DNA of 59,794 bases, counting the filler. It is 5 parts of 5 records of this genome, joined end to end, with 100 filler letters (N's around TTAATTAATTAA, not from the genome) between each part and the next. Parts side by side here need not be neighbours in the genome. Positions count along the whole stretch, not along the records: positions 1 to 25,221 come from SRR31147125_5432; positions 25,322 to 35,504 come from SRR31147125_5434; 3 more parts are not named here. One strand, 5' to 3'. Numbering within the stretch: position 1 is the stretch's first letter; every line of letters begins with the position of its first letter. Below the pieces are notes generated by a model. That model saw nothing but the letters and a program-made list of their open reading frames with translations, was not told the origin of the DNA and made no database searches. A program made the translations under genes and the position numbers. Shown here piece after piece: positions 19,447 through 28,917 of this stretch.

Positions 19447-20376
19447 ATGGTTGATTTAATAATAGTTATGGGATTTTTGGGTTCTGGAAAAACTACTTTT
19501 TTGGAGGACGTGTTAAAAGATAATAGCGAAAGAGTAGGCGTTGTTGTTAACGAGTTTGGTGCTGTGTCTGTTGATGGCGAAAGGCTTAAGCTTGGTAACA
19601 ATATTGATGTTTTAGAAGTTAACTCTGGATCTATCTTTTGCGCGTGTAAAGTTGACTTTTTTATCCAGTCAATTTTTGCATTGATAGACCAAGGTATTGA
19701 TAAGATTTATGTTGAGTCTAGTGGGCTTTCTAACCCTACAAGCATTGAAAAAATTATGAATGATTTAAATACACTTAAAAAGAGCAAAGAGGATGTAAGA
19801 GTCAGGAGTTTTGTTAGTATTGCTGATGCCGAAAGGATTGATAAATTGCTTTTGTCATCTGTCGCGGCTATTTCTCAAATTCAAAGAGCAGATATTGTAC
19901 TGCTTAATAAAATTGATATTGTAGACAATAAGCAGAAAAAAATTGCAATTGATGCTATAAAAAAAGTCAATGATGGCGCTAATATATATCCTTGTGTTAA
20001 CTGTAAGGTTGATAAAAGCATATTGGATAAAGTGTTTGATGATGATAAAAGATTAGAGTGTATAGAGCCAAAGCCAATATCCGAAAGAAGCTTTACTATT
20101 GAAGATGATAAGCAAATACCAAAGCAAAAGTTGGATGCATTTATAGATGATATTGCCCCTATTTGTGTTAGGATAAAGGGTTTTTTGAATATTGATGGAA
20201 CAAAGAAATATATTGACGTTGTAGAAAAGCATGTAAAAATAAGCGATTGCGATATAGATAAGCCTTGCGAGTTAGTAATAATTGTTTTTGAAGATGAAAA
20301 AGAGAATGCTATGAATGTACTTTTGAAAAAGTGGGAAAACTGTATTGGAAGTGTGCCAAATCGAATATATGAGTAG
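19447..20376 (+). CDS. CobW/COG0523 family G3E GTPase (metallochaperone)
   Basis: GFLGSGKTT, NEFG, GSIFCAC, ESSG, NKID motifs and a CobW_C RIKG motif. Confidence 0.88.
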   Translation: MVDLIIVMGFLGSGKTTFLEDVLKDNSERVGVVVNEFGAVSVDGERLKLGNNIDVLEVNSGSIFCACKVDFFIQSIFALIDQGIDKIYVESSGLSNPTSIEKIMNDLNTLKKSKEDVRVRSFVSIADAERIDKLLLSSVAAISQIQRADIVLLNKIDIVDNKQKKIAIDAIKKVNDGANIYPCVNCKVDKSILDKVFDDDKRLECIEPKPISERSFTIEDDKQIPKQKLDAFIDDIAPICVRIKGFLNIDGTKKYIDVVEKHVKISDCDIDKPCELVIIVFEDEKENAMNVLLKKWENCIGSVPNRIYE

Positions 20377-20426
20377 TATCCTTCGTTTTATGATATAATA
20401 TATAAAAAAGTTGAAGGGTAGAAGTT

Positions 20427-21773
20427 TTGATAAACGAAACATTATCAAAAGAATTAAAGCACATAATAAAGGGTGATAAATATTTAAAGTCATTTACACT
20501 AGCGACTGGTGTGGATGCTTCTATTTATAGGTATGGCGATATCAGTGATTTTGAGGGTGAAGAGGATATATCTTCTACGGTGTCGGTTGATTCGTGCTGT
20601 CAAAATAAGTGTAGGAGCTCTGCTTTTTGCTCTGTTGTGCATAGGTCTGAAAAAGGAAGTGCTGCTTGTGCTAAGTTTAGACAAGATGCTTCGCTTCAAT
20701 GCATTAGCTTGGGAGAAAGTTATATAACAAGATGTCATGCTGGGCTTACCCTTTGTTTTGCACCGCTTTTATATGAGGATAGATGCATTGGAGCTATTAC
20801 TTGTGGTCCTTTTATAATGTGGGATTTTGATGATTTTGCTAAAGAAGAGGCAAAAGCTTTAGCAAAAAAACTTGAAGTGGATGAAGCTAACTTGCTGATA
20901 GCTGGAGAACTTTTGGCAAAGAAAACATCAGCAGAGGTTGGCGCTTTGGCAGATGTTTTGTTTAGTTTGGCGGAACAACTAGCTGGTAAAAGGTCGCATT
21001 TGCTTTCTAAAAACCTTAACATAAACTATCAACAAGCTAGAATTGCAGAACTTTTACACAAGATGAAGCAGACAGAAAATATGATTGAAGTTTTGGAAGA
21101 TACAGAAAAGACATCGAGTTATCCGCTTAGTAAAGAAAATGAACTTATTGGACTTGTAAAGACTGGTGATAGGGCTAGTGCTAAAGAGATTTTGAATGAG
21201 ATATTAGTTCATGTTTTTTATCACGATTCTGGTAAATTGGATGTGTTAAAGGCTAGAGTTTTGGAGCTTGTTGTTGTTATATCGAGAGCTGCTGTTGAAT
21301 CTGGTGCTGGGCTTAAACATATGCTGGGTATAAATTTTGAAATGATTAGTAATTTTGCAAAAATAGATGAGTTTACTGAGATTTGCAACTGGGTTACAAA
21401 GACGCTTGATGAGATGATGGATGAGATTTATAACAGCAGAAATGTTAAGTGCTCTGCACTACTATCTAAAGCTATGGAATATATTAGAGATCATTATAAT
21501 GAAGATATATCGTTAGAAGATGTTGCAAGACAGGTTGTTGTTAGTGAATCGTACGTTAGTCATTTGTTTGGTAGAGAGTTAGGTGTTACTTTTTCTGGGT
21601 ATTTGACTAAGGTTAGAATAGAAAAAGCTAAACAATTGCTAAAAACTACGGACCTTTCCGTTTTTATGATATCTGAGATGGTAGGATATGATCAAGCTGG
21701 TTATTTTAGCAAAGTATTCAAGAAGCACGTGGGGACTACTCCTGGTAAGTTTAGAAGAGGAGATATAGTTTAA
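20427..21773 (+). CDS. PocR-sensor domain AraC-family transcriptional regulator
   Basis: N-terminal FC...C...CHAGL...AP PocR pattern; C-terminal AraC HTH (ISEMVGYDQAGYFSKVFKKHVGTTPGKFR). Confidence 0.88.
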   Translation: MINETLSKELKHIIKGDKYLKSFTLATGVDASIYRYGDISDFEGEEDISSTVSVDSCCQNKCRSSAFCSVVHRSEKGSAACAKFRQDASLQCISLGESYITRCHAGLTLCFAPLLYEDRCIGAITCGPFIMWDFDDFAKEEAKALAKKLEVDEANLLIAGELLAKKTSAEVGALADVLFSLAEQLAGKRSHLLSKNLNINYQQARIAELLHKMKQTENMIEVLEDTEKTSSYPLSKENELIGLVKTGDRASAKEILNEILVHVFYHDSGKLDVLKARVLELVVVISRAAVESGAGLKHMLGINFEMISNFAKIDEFTEICNWVTKTLDEMMDEIYNSRNVKCSALLSKAMEYIRDHYNEDISLEDVARQVVVSESYVSHLFGRELGVTFSGYLTKVRIEKAKQLLKTTDLSVFMISEMVGYDQAGYFSKVFKKHVGTTPGKFRRGDIV

Positions 21774-21835
21774 AGCATAATAGTACAATTTTGTGCTGGA
21801 AAGTGCATTTATATGTAGTTTATTTGATTTATAAT
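21772..21835 (+). promoter_or_regulatory. Putative AraC-type tandem operator and -10 element of the corrinoid protein gene
   Basis: GCATAATAGTACA and GCTGGAAAGTGCA half-sites 20 bp apart, TATAAT at 21830. Confidence 0.55.
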
Positions 21836-21866
21836 ATAAATAACAAAGCGTGGAGGATAGTATATT

Positions 21867-22493
21867 ATGTTTACTGAATTAAGTTTAGCGGTTAAAGGTG
21901 GTAATGCGCCGAAAGTTAAGGAACTAACAGATGGTTTTATAGCTCAAGGTATTGAACCAGAAGATATCTTAAACAAGGGTCTTATTGATGGTATGATGGA
22001 AATTGGTGTTTTGTTTAAAAACAACCAAGTATATGTGCCAGAAGTTTTGATTGCTGCAAGAGCTATGTATGCTGGTTTAGATATCATTAAACCACTACTT
22101 GCACAAAAAGACTTTAAAGCAAAAGGTAAAGTTGCTATTGGAACAGTTAAAGGCGATTTGCATGATATCGGCAAAAACCTTGTTTCTATGATGATGGAAG
22201 GTTCTGGTCTTGAGGTTATTGATCTTGGAACTGATGTTGGGGCTGATAAGTTTATTGCTGCTGTTAAAGAAGAAGGGGCGCAAATTGTTGCAATGAGCGC
22301 GTTGCTTACTACAACAATGCCGGAAATGAAAAACATTATTGAAGCTTTGACTAAAGAAGGTTTGCGTAATGATGTTAAGGTTATGATTGGTGGAGCACCA
22401 GTTACTGAATCTTTTGCAGAGCAAATTGGAGCTGATTTTTATACTGATGATGCGGCTTCTGCTGCTAATACAGCTATTCAAGCTTTAGCTTAG
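21867..22493 (+). CDS. Corrinoid (B12-binding) methyl-carrier protein, MtaC/MttC-like
   Basis: Cap domain YVPEVLIAARAM, DxHxxG motif GDLHDIGKNLV, SALLTTT and IGGAP. Confidence 0.93.
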   Translation: MFTELSLAVKGGNAPKVKELTDGFIAQGIEPEDILNKGLIDGMMEIGVLFKNNQVYVPEVLIAARAMYAGLDIIKPLLAQKDFKAKGKVAIGTVKGDLHDIGKNLVSMMMEGSGLEVIDLGTDVGADKFIAAVKEEGAQIVAMSALLTTTMPEMKNIIEALTKEGLRNDVKVMIGGAPVTESFAEQIGADFYTDDAASAANTAIQALA

Positions 22494-22517
22494 TATTTAA
22501 AAAGAGATGATCAAATT

Positions 22518-22546
22518 GCACTGTTGAAGTTTTTGACAGTGCTTTT
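22518..22546 (+). terminator. Intrinsic terminator after the corrinoid protein gene
   Basis: GCACTGTTGAA...TTTGACAGTGC followed by TTTT. Confidence 0.6.
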
Positions 22547-22677
22547 ATTATTACAATATTAAGTGTTATAAAAGTTAATAATTATCATTTAGGAGTTCAA
22601 TATCAATGACTTTATTTTCAGGATTATTTGTTCCTTAAATGTTTCGGATAGTAGCTTTGAAAGGAATGGATTTTTTT

Positions 22678-24249
22678 ATGCTAAATATTACAATTAGAAA
22701 TACTGAAAGCACCAAAACAATACAAGCAAAAAAAGGACAAAACCTATATGAGGTTTTAGCTGAGCAAGGTTATATTGAAAATGCTCCGTGTGGTGGCAAA
22801 GGGCTTTGCGGCAAATGCAAAGTTAAAATTATTGATAAGAGTATTTTGCCTACAAAGGAGGATAAGGATTTATTATCCGACAAAGAGCTTGGAGATGGTG
22901 TTAGGCTTTCGTGTAAAATTGTTATTGAACAGGATATAGAGATTGAAGTTAATAATTCATTAAAATCATTTGGTGGACTTACTGTCTTAAACGATAAAAT
23001 TAAGCCTGATGAGTTGCTGTTTGCCTTGGATATTGGAACGACTACTTTGGATGGGGTTTTATTGGATAAGCAAACTCAAACGCAGCTTTTAAGACTGACC
23101 AAGATGAATTCTCAGAAAAAGTATGGTGCTGATGTTTTTACTAGAATGAATTACTCGCTGGACAGTGAACAAAATAGGCAAAATCTTATGGATACTATTA
23201 TGGATGATATTAATGAGATGGCGAGAAAGATGACGGATGCCTTGGGGGTTGAAGTATCTTGTATTAAAGGTTTTACTGTTTCTGGCAATACCACTATGAT
23301 TCATATGCTTTTATGCAAAGATGTAAGGAAACTAGCATTTGCACCTTTTGTAACCGATTACTTAGCGCCAAAGGATATTACAGCTTCGGATATTGGGTTT
23401 GTATCTAATGATTCTGTTATCAACATAATGCCAGCTTCATCTTCGTTTATCGGTGGTGACATAACTTCTGGCGCGGCTTTTATGGGAGTTGATAAGGCGC
23501 ATGAAAACAGTTTGTTTATTGACCTTGGAACTAACGGTGAGATGATACTTACGAACGGGGATAGTGTTGTTGGGTGCTCTGTTGCGGCGGGACCTGCTTT
23601 TGAAGGTGCGGAGATTATCTGCGGTATGAGTGCACTTAAGGGTGCGATATCGGTTGTTATTTATGATGAAGATAAAAAGGATATTGTATATAAGACTATT
23701 GATGATGCGGAAGCTTGTGGAATATGTGGCTCGGGGCTTATTGATGTCGTTGCATTGTTTAAAAAATATTCTATTATTGATGAAACTGGCAGGATAGTGG
23801 ACGAGCATGAGGTTCCTGCCTTTAATAAAAGAATATTTAAAATTGACGATGAAAATTGTTTTATGCTATATGAATCTGATGGAAATAGGGTATATATAAG
23901 TCAGCGTGATATCAGGAACTTTCAGCTTGCGAAAGCAGCGATAAAGACAGGGATTGTTATGCTTTTAGAAAAAGAAGACCTTAAACCTGAACAACTGGAT
24001 ACTATTTTTATTGCTGGTGGCTTTGGAAAACACATATCTAATGAAAGTATATATGATAGCGGTATAATGCCGTTTAAGCATGGAAGTATTAAGGTTGTAG
24101 GCAATACATCGCTAAAAGGCGCGATTGAAGCTTCTTGTGATAATGAATTTAAACAAAGAGTTTATGCTTTTAGTGAAAAGGTTGAAGTGTTCTTGTTGTC
24201 AAAACATCCGAATTTTCAGATGATGTTTGTAGACAATATGATGTTTTAG
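22678..24249 (+). CDS. ASKHA-domain reductive activator of corrinoid proteins (RACE/RACo, DUF4445) with an N-terminal 2Fe-2S ferredoxin
   Basis: CGGKGLCGKC...RLSC, DIGTTT, DLGTNGE, AGPAFEG, GICGSG and QLAKAAI motifs. Confidence 0.9.
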   Translation: MLNITIRNTESTKTIQAKKGQNLYEVLAEQGYIENAPCGGKGLCGKCKVKIIDKSILPTKEDKDLLSDKELGDGVRLSCKIVIEQDIEIEVNNSLKSFGGLTVLNDKIKPDELLFALDIGTTTLDGVLLDKQTQTQLLRLTKMNSQKKYGADVFTRMNYSLDSEQNRQNLMDTIMDDINEMARKMTDALGVEVSCIKGFTVSGNTTMIHMLLCKDVRKLAFAPFVTDYLAPKDITASDIGFVSNDSVINIMPASSSFIGGDITSGAAFMGVDKAHENSLFIDLGTNGEMILTNGDSVVGCSVAAGPAFEGAEIICGMSALKGAISVVIYDEDKKDIVYKTIDDAEACGICGSGLIDVVALFKKYSIIDETGRIVDEHEVPAFNKRIFKIDDENCFMLYESDGNRVYISQRDIRNFQLAKAAIKTGIVMLLEKEDLKPEQLDTIFIAGGFGKHISNESIYDSGIMPFKHGSIKVVGNTSLKGAIEASCDNEFKQRVYAFSEKVEVFLLSKHPNFQMMFVDNMMF

Positions 24250-24322
24250 TAATATCTTTTACATTGCTTAATTGAATTTTTATGCTATAATCCTACTAGA
24301 TAATTTTTAGGAGATTATAGCA

Positions 24323-25090
24323 TTGTTAGTATATTTTTTTATTGCATTATTTGCTACAGTAATTGGCTCTACCGCAGGCATGGGTGGAGGATTTATTATA
24401 AAACCACTTATTGATTTGATTAGTGATTATAATATTGCAACTATTTCTATATTATCGTCTATAACTGTTCTTAGTATGTCTGTTGTCTCGACGATTAAGC
24501 AGATAGAAAACGGTTTTAAAATTTCTAAAAACGTCGTTTATTCAACTATAGGTGCGATTGTTGGTGGGATTGTTGGTAGCTTGGTTTTCTCATTTTTAAA
24601 AGATTCGATGGATGAGGGATTTGTTACTGTTATTCAATCTATAGTTTTGATAGTGCTTTTGATATTTTGTCTTGCTTATGAAAAATTTAAAATTAGGAAA
24701 AAGAAAACCGGTATTGCAGTAATGGTTTTTGGTTTTTTCCTCGGGCTGGTTAGTTCTTTTATAGGTATTGGTGGCGGGCCTATTAATGTTGCTGTGCTTT
24801 GTATATTTTTAGGATTAGAATTAAGAGTCGCGGCTAGAATTTCTGTTTTTATTGTCTTGTTTTCTCAAATGACGGGGCTTATAACGAAGGGTATTAATGG
24901 GATGTTTTTGCAAGTTGAAGACTACAGAGTGCTTTTGGTTATGATTCCTACAGCGATTATTGGCGGACTTATTGGATCTAGCTTAAATATTAAATTATCT
25001 GATAAAGCTATAAGAACCACTTATATGGCTTCTGTTATAATTGTTATATTTATATGTATTGTTAATATATATAAGATAGTAATGATATAA
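24323..25090 (+). CDS. Sulfite exporter TauE/SafE family membrane protein
   Basis: Two GxGGG repeats (GMGGGFIIKP, GIGGGPIN) and about eight hydrophobic helices. Confidence 0.85.
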   Translation: MLVYFFIALFATVIGSTAGMGGGFIIKPLIDLISDYNIATISILSSITVLSMSVVSTIKQIENGFKISKNVVYSTIGAIVGGIVGSLVFSFLKDSMDEGFVTVIQSIVLIVLLIFCLAYEKFKIRKKKTGIAVMVFGFFLGLVSSFIGIGGGPINVAVLCIFLGLELRVAARISVFIVLFSQMTGLITKGINGMFLQVEDYRVLLVMIPTAIIGGLIGSSLNIKLSDKAIRTTYMASVIIVIFICIVNIYKIVMI

Positions 25091-25221
25091 AGATATTAAG
25101 CCAAGTATATAAAACACAACAGCAGTTGAAAGTTTGTAAATACAAACTTATCATCATATTTTAGAGAAACAATTGAATACTTTATACATCATTATTTTTT
25201 CGTGCTTTAATTTCCTTTTTT

Positions 25222-25321
25222 NNNNNNNNNNNNNNNNNNNNNNNNNNNNNNNNNNNNNNNNNNNNTTAATTAATTAANNNNNNNNNNNNNNNNNNNNNNN
25301 NNNNNNNNNNNNNNNNNNNNN
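25222..25321. other. Artificial contig-joining spacer
   Basis: N-run + TTAATTAATTAA (stops in six frames) + N-run, 100 nt. Confidence 0.98.
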
Positions 25322-26481
25322 GGGAATTGATTGACTTCAGTACCGGCATCCCACAAATAAACCTGCGAAGTTATGTCACCACTCACAGGGATATCACCAT
25401 TAAACAAATTGATGCCATTATCATCTGGCGCAAAAAACAAATCATTGGTATGAACCAACATGCTTGCAAAACTTAGGTAATCTCCAGCTTGTGCCTGAAA
25501 TGAGAAACTATATTTTTCACCGGGAAGAAGTGGTCCCGGACCTGACGCACCATCGGGTGTATTAAACACAGCACTGTATGCCCCTAAATAGGCATTTAAG
25601 CCTGATGGATCTCCGTCCTCAGCCAAAGATTCCAGCCCATAACCATAATCAGCCTGTCCGTCGGTAAATAAAGGCATTGAATTTCCACCATGCAGCACAA
25701 ATACGCCCGGGGCAAGTGGTGAATAATATCCACTTTTCATCATATAATAATCGCCTAAAGGACCAGCAGCCCCATCCTCAGCAACACCTTCCAAACCATA
25801 GCCATAATCTGCCTGCCCTTCCTCAAATAAGGCATTTGGCATATCATGGACTACCCAAGTTCCGGGAGCAAGTGGCGTTGTGCTTGCTGCCACATTCTCA
25901 ATGGTAACCGTGAACATGCTTGTCCCATCGTAGTCAAGCATAACTTTTATGGTTTGATCAACCGCCGGATAAGTAAAGCCATCGTCTACGTTCATTATAT
26001 TCCGGACTGTTCCATTTTCATCAGCACCCATATTTGCTCCGCTTTGCCTTGGAGCCTGATTTGCTCCAACTCCCGGCTCTTCATTTACTTCTGTTCCGGC
26101 ATCCCAAAGTTTAATCATCGCTGTAATATCTCCGGTTTTTGGGGTATCACCGTCAAACAAATCAAAGCCATCATCATCGGGGCTAAAGAATAAATCGTTG
26201 GATTGAACATACATGGTTGCAAACGAAAGTTTATGCCCTTTACTTGCATAAAATGAGAAGCTATATGAATTACCTGGCATTAACGGACCAGGATCGGATG
26301 CACCAACAGGAGTATTAAAAACCCCGGACTGGAAATAATCAAACACTTCAGAAACATTTTCAATTGTAACTGTGAATGTTCCAGAAACAGGAACTGGCGT
26401 ATCATCATCATTTAAATCACACTGAACAAATAAAAATGTGAATAGTGCTATACCTAAAACTAAACTTAATACTTTTTTCAT
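25322..26481 (-). CDS. Spondin_N repeat lipoprotein, 3' end truncated by the contig end
   Basis: MKKVLS...FVQC lipobox-like signal with acidic DLNDDD; two SNDLF/TNDLF...WDAGTEVN and two GLExxAEDG spondin motifs. Confidence 0.8.
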
Positions 26482-26528
26482 AACGATAATTTTTAGTGAA
26501 TAACTTAAAACCAAATTTCCTGTTTAAG

Positions 26529-26550
26529 TATCACAGCATCGTCACAAAGC
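26529..26550 (-). promoter_or_regulatory. Putative OmpR-family response regulator box upstream of the spondin gene
   Basis: TATCACAGCATCGTCACAAAGC (TCACA direct repeat, 11-bp period); 18/22 identical to 28806-28827. Confidence 0.6.
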
Positions 26551-26570
26551 ATTCAAGTTTCTATAAACTT

Positions 26571-28047
26571 TTAGGCAATAGATGCGATTGGCAGATCAAA
26601 ACTAAAAGTGGTTCCTTTCCCAAACTGACTAAAAACCTGAACTTTTGAATGATGTAGTTCAACAATTTTCTGAACAATTGCAAGTCCAAGTCCGGTGCTT
26701 TGATGATCATTTCGCCCTTTATAATACCGTTGAAAAACATTGGGTAAATCTTCCTGTTTAATTCCTTGCCCTGAGTCGGCAACACGAACCTCCACCTTCC
26801 CCGGCTCTTTTTTATCAATTTCAATATTAATGGAATCTCCTTCCTTACAAAACTTCACAGCATTATCTATCAGATTCTGTAGAACACGATCAATCATAGA
26901 AAGATCAGCTTCAACCAAAGGAACATCTTTGCCAATTACGGTATTAAAACCAATCCCTTTCTTCTGAGAAATGATTCGATATTTATTCGCAATATCATAA
27001 ACCAACTCCGAAATTGAGAACGGTTCGGCATTTGGCTTCACTTGATTTGCCTGAAGTTTTGAAAGTTCAAAAAGCTCCTCTACTAATTTCTTTAACCGAC
27101 CACAACTTTTATAGATAATATTGAGATATTTACCCTGTTCTTCTTTGGTAATATTATCTTGTTTTAGCAGTAGCGTTTCTGAATATCCCTGAATTGATGC
27201 TACCGGGGTTCGGAGGTCATGAGAAACATTACTAATTAATTCCCTGCGCAGATTATCAACTCCTTTTAATTCCTGAATATTTTGCTGAATGGTATCTGCC
27301 ATTTGGTTAAACACCAGCCCGATTCTGTCCAATTCATTCTCACTTTTAACTTCAATTCGTGTATCAAGTTGTCCTTCTCTAAATTGATTAATCCCATTAA
27401 TTATTGGGTTCAACTTTTGTAATAAACCAAATCGCAAGCAAGCCTACCAATAAGGAAATCAAAAGAATAATAATTACTGAACGGATTGAAATCCCTAAAA
27501 TATAACTACCTACCAACGTTTCTGCAGCTGAAACATATTGCTGACTGGCAAGCACTACATAGATATAACCAATTAACTCACCCTCAATATGAATTGGAGC
27601 AGCTGAAAACGTTTTGTATTCGCCCGGATTTCTTGGATCATCGCCATGTATAATACGATGATCTGAGTCTGATAAAAATTCTGCTATTGGCTTTAGGTTA
27701 ACATGTTCAAGCTTAACATCTTTTTTAGGCACCACATAATTCATAATTTTCCCATTGGGGTCCAAAAGATACACCTCAACAATCGGATTAATAACCATCA
27801 TGGAATGCATGATATCCTGAATTACCTCTTCACCAATAACCCCGTCTACAATAAGGGGCTTAAGTCCTTCTACCGAACTTGCAGCCAGCCCACGATTAAG
27901 TCGTTGATTTACCTCTACTGAATAATTGCTGGCCGATTCAACAGAAATATATAAGGTTATAGCCGTGAATAAAATCAGCACCAACAAAAATATTGCAGAA
28001 ACCTGCAAGTATAGTCTATTAACAATTTTTGGTTTGATCATTTGCAT
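26571..28047 (-). pseudogene. Sensor histidine kinase (TM-sensor-TM-HAMP-HisKA-HATPase) split by a frameshift near 27415
   Basis: ORF 27397-28068 has the two TM helices and sensor domain; overlapping ORF 26571-27437 has HAMP, SHDLRTP, NLIDNAVKF and GLGLAIV; the frame changes at ACA AAA G TTG. Confidence 0.8.
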
Positions 28048-28064
28048 TTTTTGCTCCTTTCCTT

Positions 28065-28760
28065 TCAAATTTCCCTAAACTTATATCCTACTCCCCAAGT
28101 GGTTAGAATGTATTCCGGCTCACCCATATTCTTTTCAATTTTCGATCGTAAACGATTGATGTGTGAGTTTACCGTATGCTCAAATCCTTCGAACTCATAG
28201 CCCCAAACTTTATTGAGCAATTGCATGCGTGAATAGGTTTTTCCTGGACGGTTTGCAAGATAAACCAGCAGGTCAAATTCTTTAGGAGAAAGCTCAATTC
28301 GGGCTCCATCTACCTCAACAATTCGCATACCTACATTAATGTAAAGCTGATCAAAGCGAAGTTCAATTTCTTTTTCCTGTTCTGGTTGCGATCCCATATC
28401 TGCTCGACGAAGGACTGCCTTCACTCGCGCTAATAACTCTCTAATTCCAAAAGGTTTTGATATATAATCATCAGCCCCCATCTCAAGGCCAAGAACTTTA
28501 TCTATTTCTTCGGATTTAGAGGTAATCATTAATATTGGGGTATTTACTTTTTCCATTCGAAGCCGTTTACAAACTTCAAATCCATCAAGTAAAGGAAGCC
28601 GAATATCCAGCAAAATAAATCGATAGTTATTGTTTAAAGCTTTCATCAGACCATCTTTGCCATCAAAAGCTTTATCAACTTCCATATTCATATCCGAAAG
28701 ATGAATAGAGATCAATTCAGAAATGTCTTTATCGTCTTCAATAATGAGTGCCCTTTCCAT
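28065..28760 (-). CDS. OmpR/PhoB-family response regulator
   Basis: IIEDD, LLDIRLP, GADDYISKPF and winged helix HINRLRSKIE...TTWGVGYKF; ATG at 28760. Confidence 0.93.
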   Translation of the reverse strand: MERALIIEDDKDISELISIHLSDMNMEVDKAFDGKDGLMKALNNNYRFILLDIRLPLLDGFEVCKRLRMEKVNTPILMITSKSEEIDKVLGLEMGADDYISKPFGIRELLARVKAVLRRADMGSQPEQEKEIELRFDQLYINVGMRIVEVDGARIELSPKEFDLLVYLANRPGKTYSRMQLLNKVWGYEFEGFEHTVNSHINRLRSKIEKNMGEPEYILTTWGVGYKFREI

Positions 28761-28805
28761 AATGTATTGTTTTTCAAAAGAAACACCCGAAAGGTAGAAT
28801 GTGTT

Positions 28806-28827
28806 TATCACAGAAGTATCACAAAGC
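28806..28827 (-). promoter_or_regulatory. Putative autoregulatory response regulator box
   Basis: TATCACAGAAGTATCACAAAGC, matching the box at 26529-26550. Confidence 0.6.
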
Positions 28828-28866
28828 CATAAATTTATGTGAACCTTTGTTTTTTTTGCTTTCAGC

Positions 28867-28896
28867 AAAAAAAGAGGGACTCTAAAAGCCCCTCTC
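28867..28896 (-). terminator. Intrinsic terminator after transaldolase
   Basis: Minus strand GAGAGGGGC-loop-GTCCCTCTTTTTTT. Confidence 0.65.
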
Positions 28897-28917
28897 ATCA
28901 TCTTTCATTCTATACTC

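Noticed and set aside
25266-25277. TTAATTAATTAA palindrome occurring four times
   Set aside because: Artificial six-frame stop linker inside the N spacers
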